Virus record (IMG/VR): IMGVR_UViG_3300016484_000479
Location: 1-45,088 of that record
DNA: 45,088 nt
Source of the DNA: a virus
Taxonomy: Duplodnaviria; Caudoviricetes
Strand: one strand, 5' to 3'
Part shown: piece by piece, positions 44,115 through 45,088 of the stretch
Layout of the letters: every line of letters starts with the position of its first letter
Position numbering within the stretch: the first letter of the stretch is position 1
The notes under the pieces: model-generated
The model's input: the letters and a program-made list of their open reading frames with translations, nothing else
Told to the model about the DNA's origin: nothing
Database searches by the model: none
Position numbers and translations under genes: made by a program

Positions 44115-44143
44115 ACGCTACCACACCGCGAGCGATATGTCAA
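44115..44143 (-). promoter_or_regulatory. Sigma70-type late-arm promoter, probably leaderless
   Basis: TTGACA-17bp-TAGCGT with extended TG, 6 nt before ATG 44108, no SD. Confidence 0.7.
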
Positions 44144-44446
44144 TGGGGCTGAGCGCCCGGCTTCGCCGTTCGGCTGATACGCTTCGCGTATGCCTCGGAG
44201 GGGGCTATATATTTTGCGAAGTGGGTGGGCGGCGCGCGAGGCCTACCCCACCCGGCGAACCCACCCCCACGCAAGCGTGAAAAGAGATGGGGTAGGGGGT
44301 AGCGCGTTCATAAAGACTCGGCGAAAGATGAACGGAATAGGCGGGGCTAAGTAGTTGAAAACTCGGGCGAAAATAGTTGTTGACCTTCGCCGCGACTCGG
44401 CGGCATACCATTGGGGCGGCAATCAAGCCGCGAAGGAGTCAATGAC

Positions 44447-45031
44447 ATGCAAATCACAATCAACCTGCCCGACACTATGGCGATCGAGTCGCGGGGGCTT
44501 TCCCGTCCCCTGGACCTGACCAAGCTCAATGCCGATACGCTTGCCCGCGCGGCGCTCCATGGCCTTAGCCAGAAGGGTGGCGATGCCGCAAGCGGGGCGG
44601 CTGCGGCAGCGGTCAAGGACAAGTTTGGCGACAAGGCCAAGCCAGGCGATCATCGGGCTTGGCTTGAAAGCGACGTCGGCAAATCCGAAACGCTTAAGCA
44701 CGCAGCCGCGATGATCGAAAAGGCCATTGCCGCGCTTGAGTCGAATGAATGGACCGTCCGGACCGCAAGCGGAGTGGACGGGACACGGACGCTAGCGCTG
44801 CTTCGCCTGTTCAAGGCCGCCATGCCCGGCGATGTTGCCAAGCGCTTCGCCAAGCTGTCCGCAAGCGAGCAGGCGGCCAAGGCAATGGCCAATGCCGACA
44901 AGTTCGATGAGGCCAAGGTCGCGGCGGAAATTGCCAAGATCGAAGCCGAACGGCAAGCCCGCGCGGACGAAGCGGCGGCACGCAAGGCGGAAATGGCCAA
45001 GCTCGCCGACTCGCTTGATTTTGATTTTTGA
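44447..45031 (+). CDS. Ala/Lys-rich hypothetical early protein
   Basis: AAGGAG RBS, ATG 44447, LHGLSQKGGDAA motif, acidic-aromatic C-terminus LDFDF. Confidence 0.8.
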   Translation: MQITINLPDTMAIESRGLSRPLDLTKLNADTLARAALHGLSQKGGDAASGAAAAAVKDKFGDKAKPGDHRAWLESDVGKSETLKHAAAMIEKAIAALESNEWTVRTASGVDGTRTLALLRLFKAAMPGDVAKRFAKLSASEQAAKAMANADKFDEAKVAAEIAKIEAERQARADEAAARKAEMAKLADSLDFDF

Positions 45032-45038
45032 CCAGGGC

Positions 45039-45060
45039 GGGGTGGAGGAAACTCCACCCC
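45039..45060 (+). terminator. GNRA-loop hairpin after the 44447 gene
   Basis: GGGGTGGAG-GAAA-CTCCACCCC, no U tract; related to the hairpin at 88-113. Confidence 0.55.
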
Positions 45061-45088
45061 TAACCACAACGCCTAGCAATGGGCTTTG

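Overview
The window looks like a complete or near-complete ~45 kb podovirus genome. It is GC-rich, and the host is probably an alphaproteobacterium (inferred, not shown). It has two convergent arms. The + arm (44447 through the window junction to 18616) holds many small early genes, an SF1 helicase, a HIRAN protein, a PD-(D/E)XK nuclease/AAA ATPase/SSB-like recombination trio, a ParB-methyltransferase fusion, a family A DNA polymerase split over two genes (UDG-like+ExoI/II, then ExoIII+polymerase, with a C5-methyltransferase, a small ORF and a MazG-like gene in between), and a DUF3987-like ATPase. The - arm (44108 to 18660) holds a TerS candidate, a LamG-like fibre, a signal-peptide DUF1996-like protein, a tailspike, a lysis cassette containing an Acb2/Tad1-like gene and an embedded o-spanin, TerL, portal, BPP-1/epsilon15-type capsid and cement proteins, tail tube proteins and three ejection proteins. 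I recognise no primase, RNA polymerase, integrase, reverse transcriptase, tRNA or CRISPR array. The most striking unexplained structures are a ~435 bp imperfect inverted repeat around a poly-T/G-tract core (135-569) and a dispersed four-copy TATGCC-N3-ACCC-N5-GGGT-N3-(GGCATA/TATGCC) element. All functional calls come from motif recognition by eye; no searches were run.
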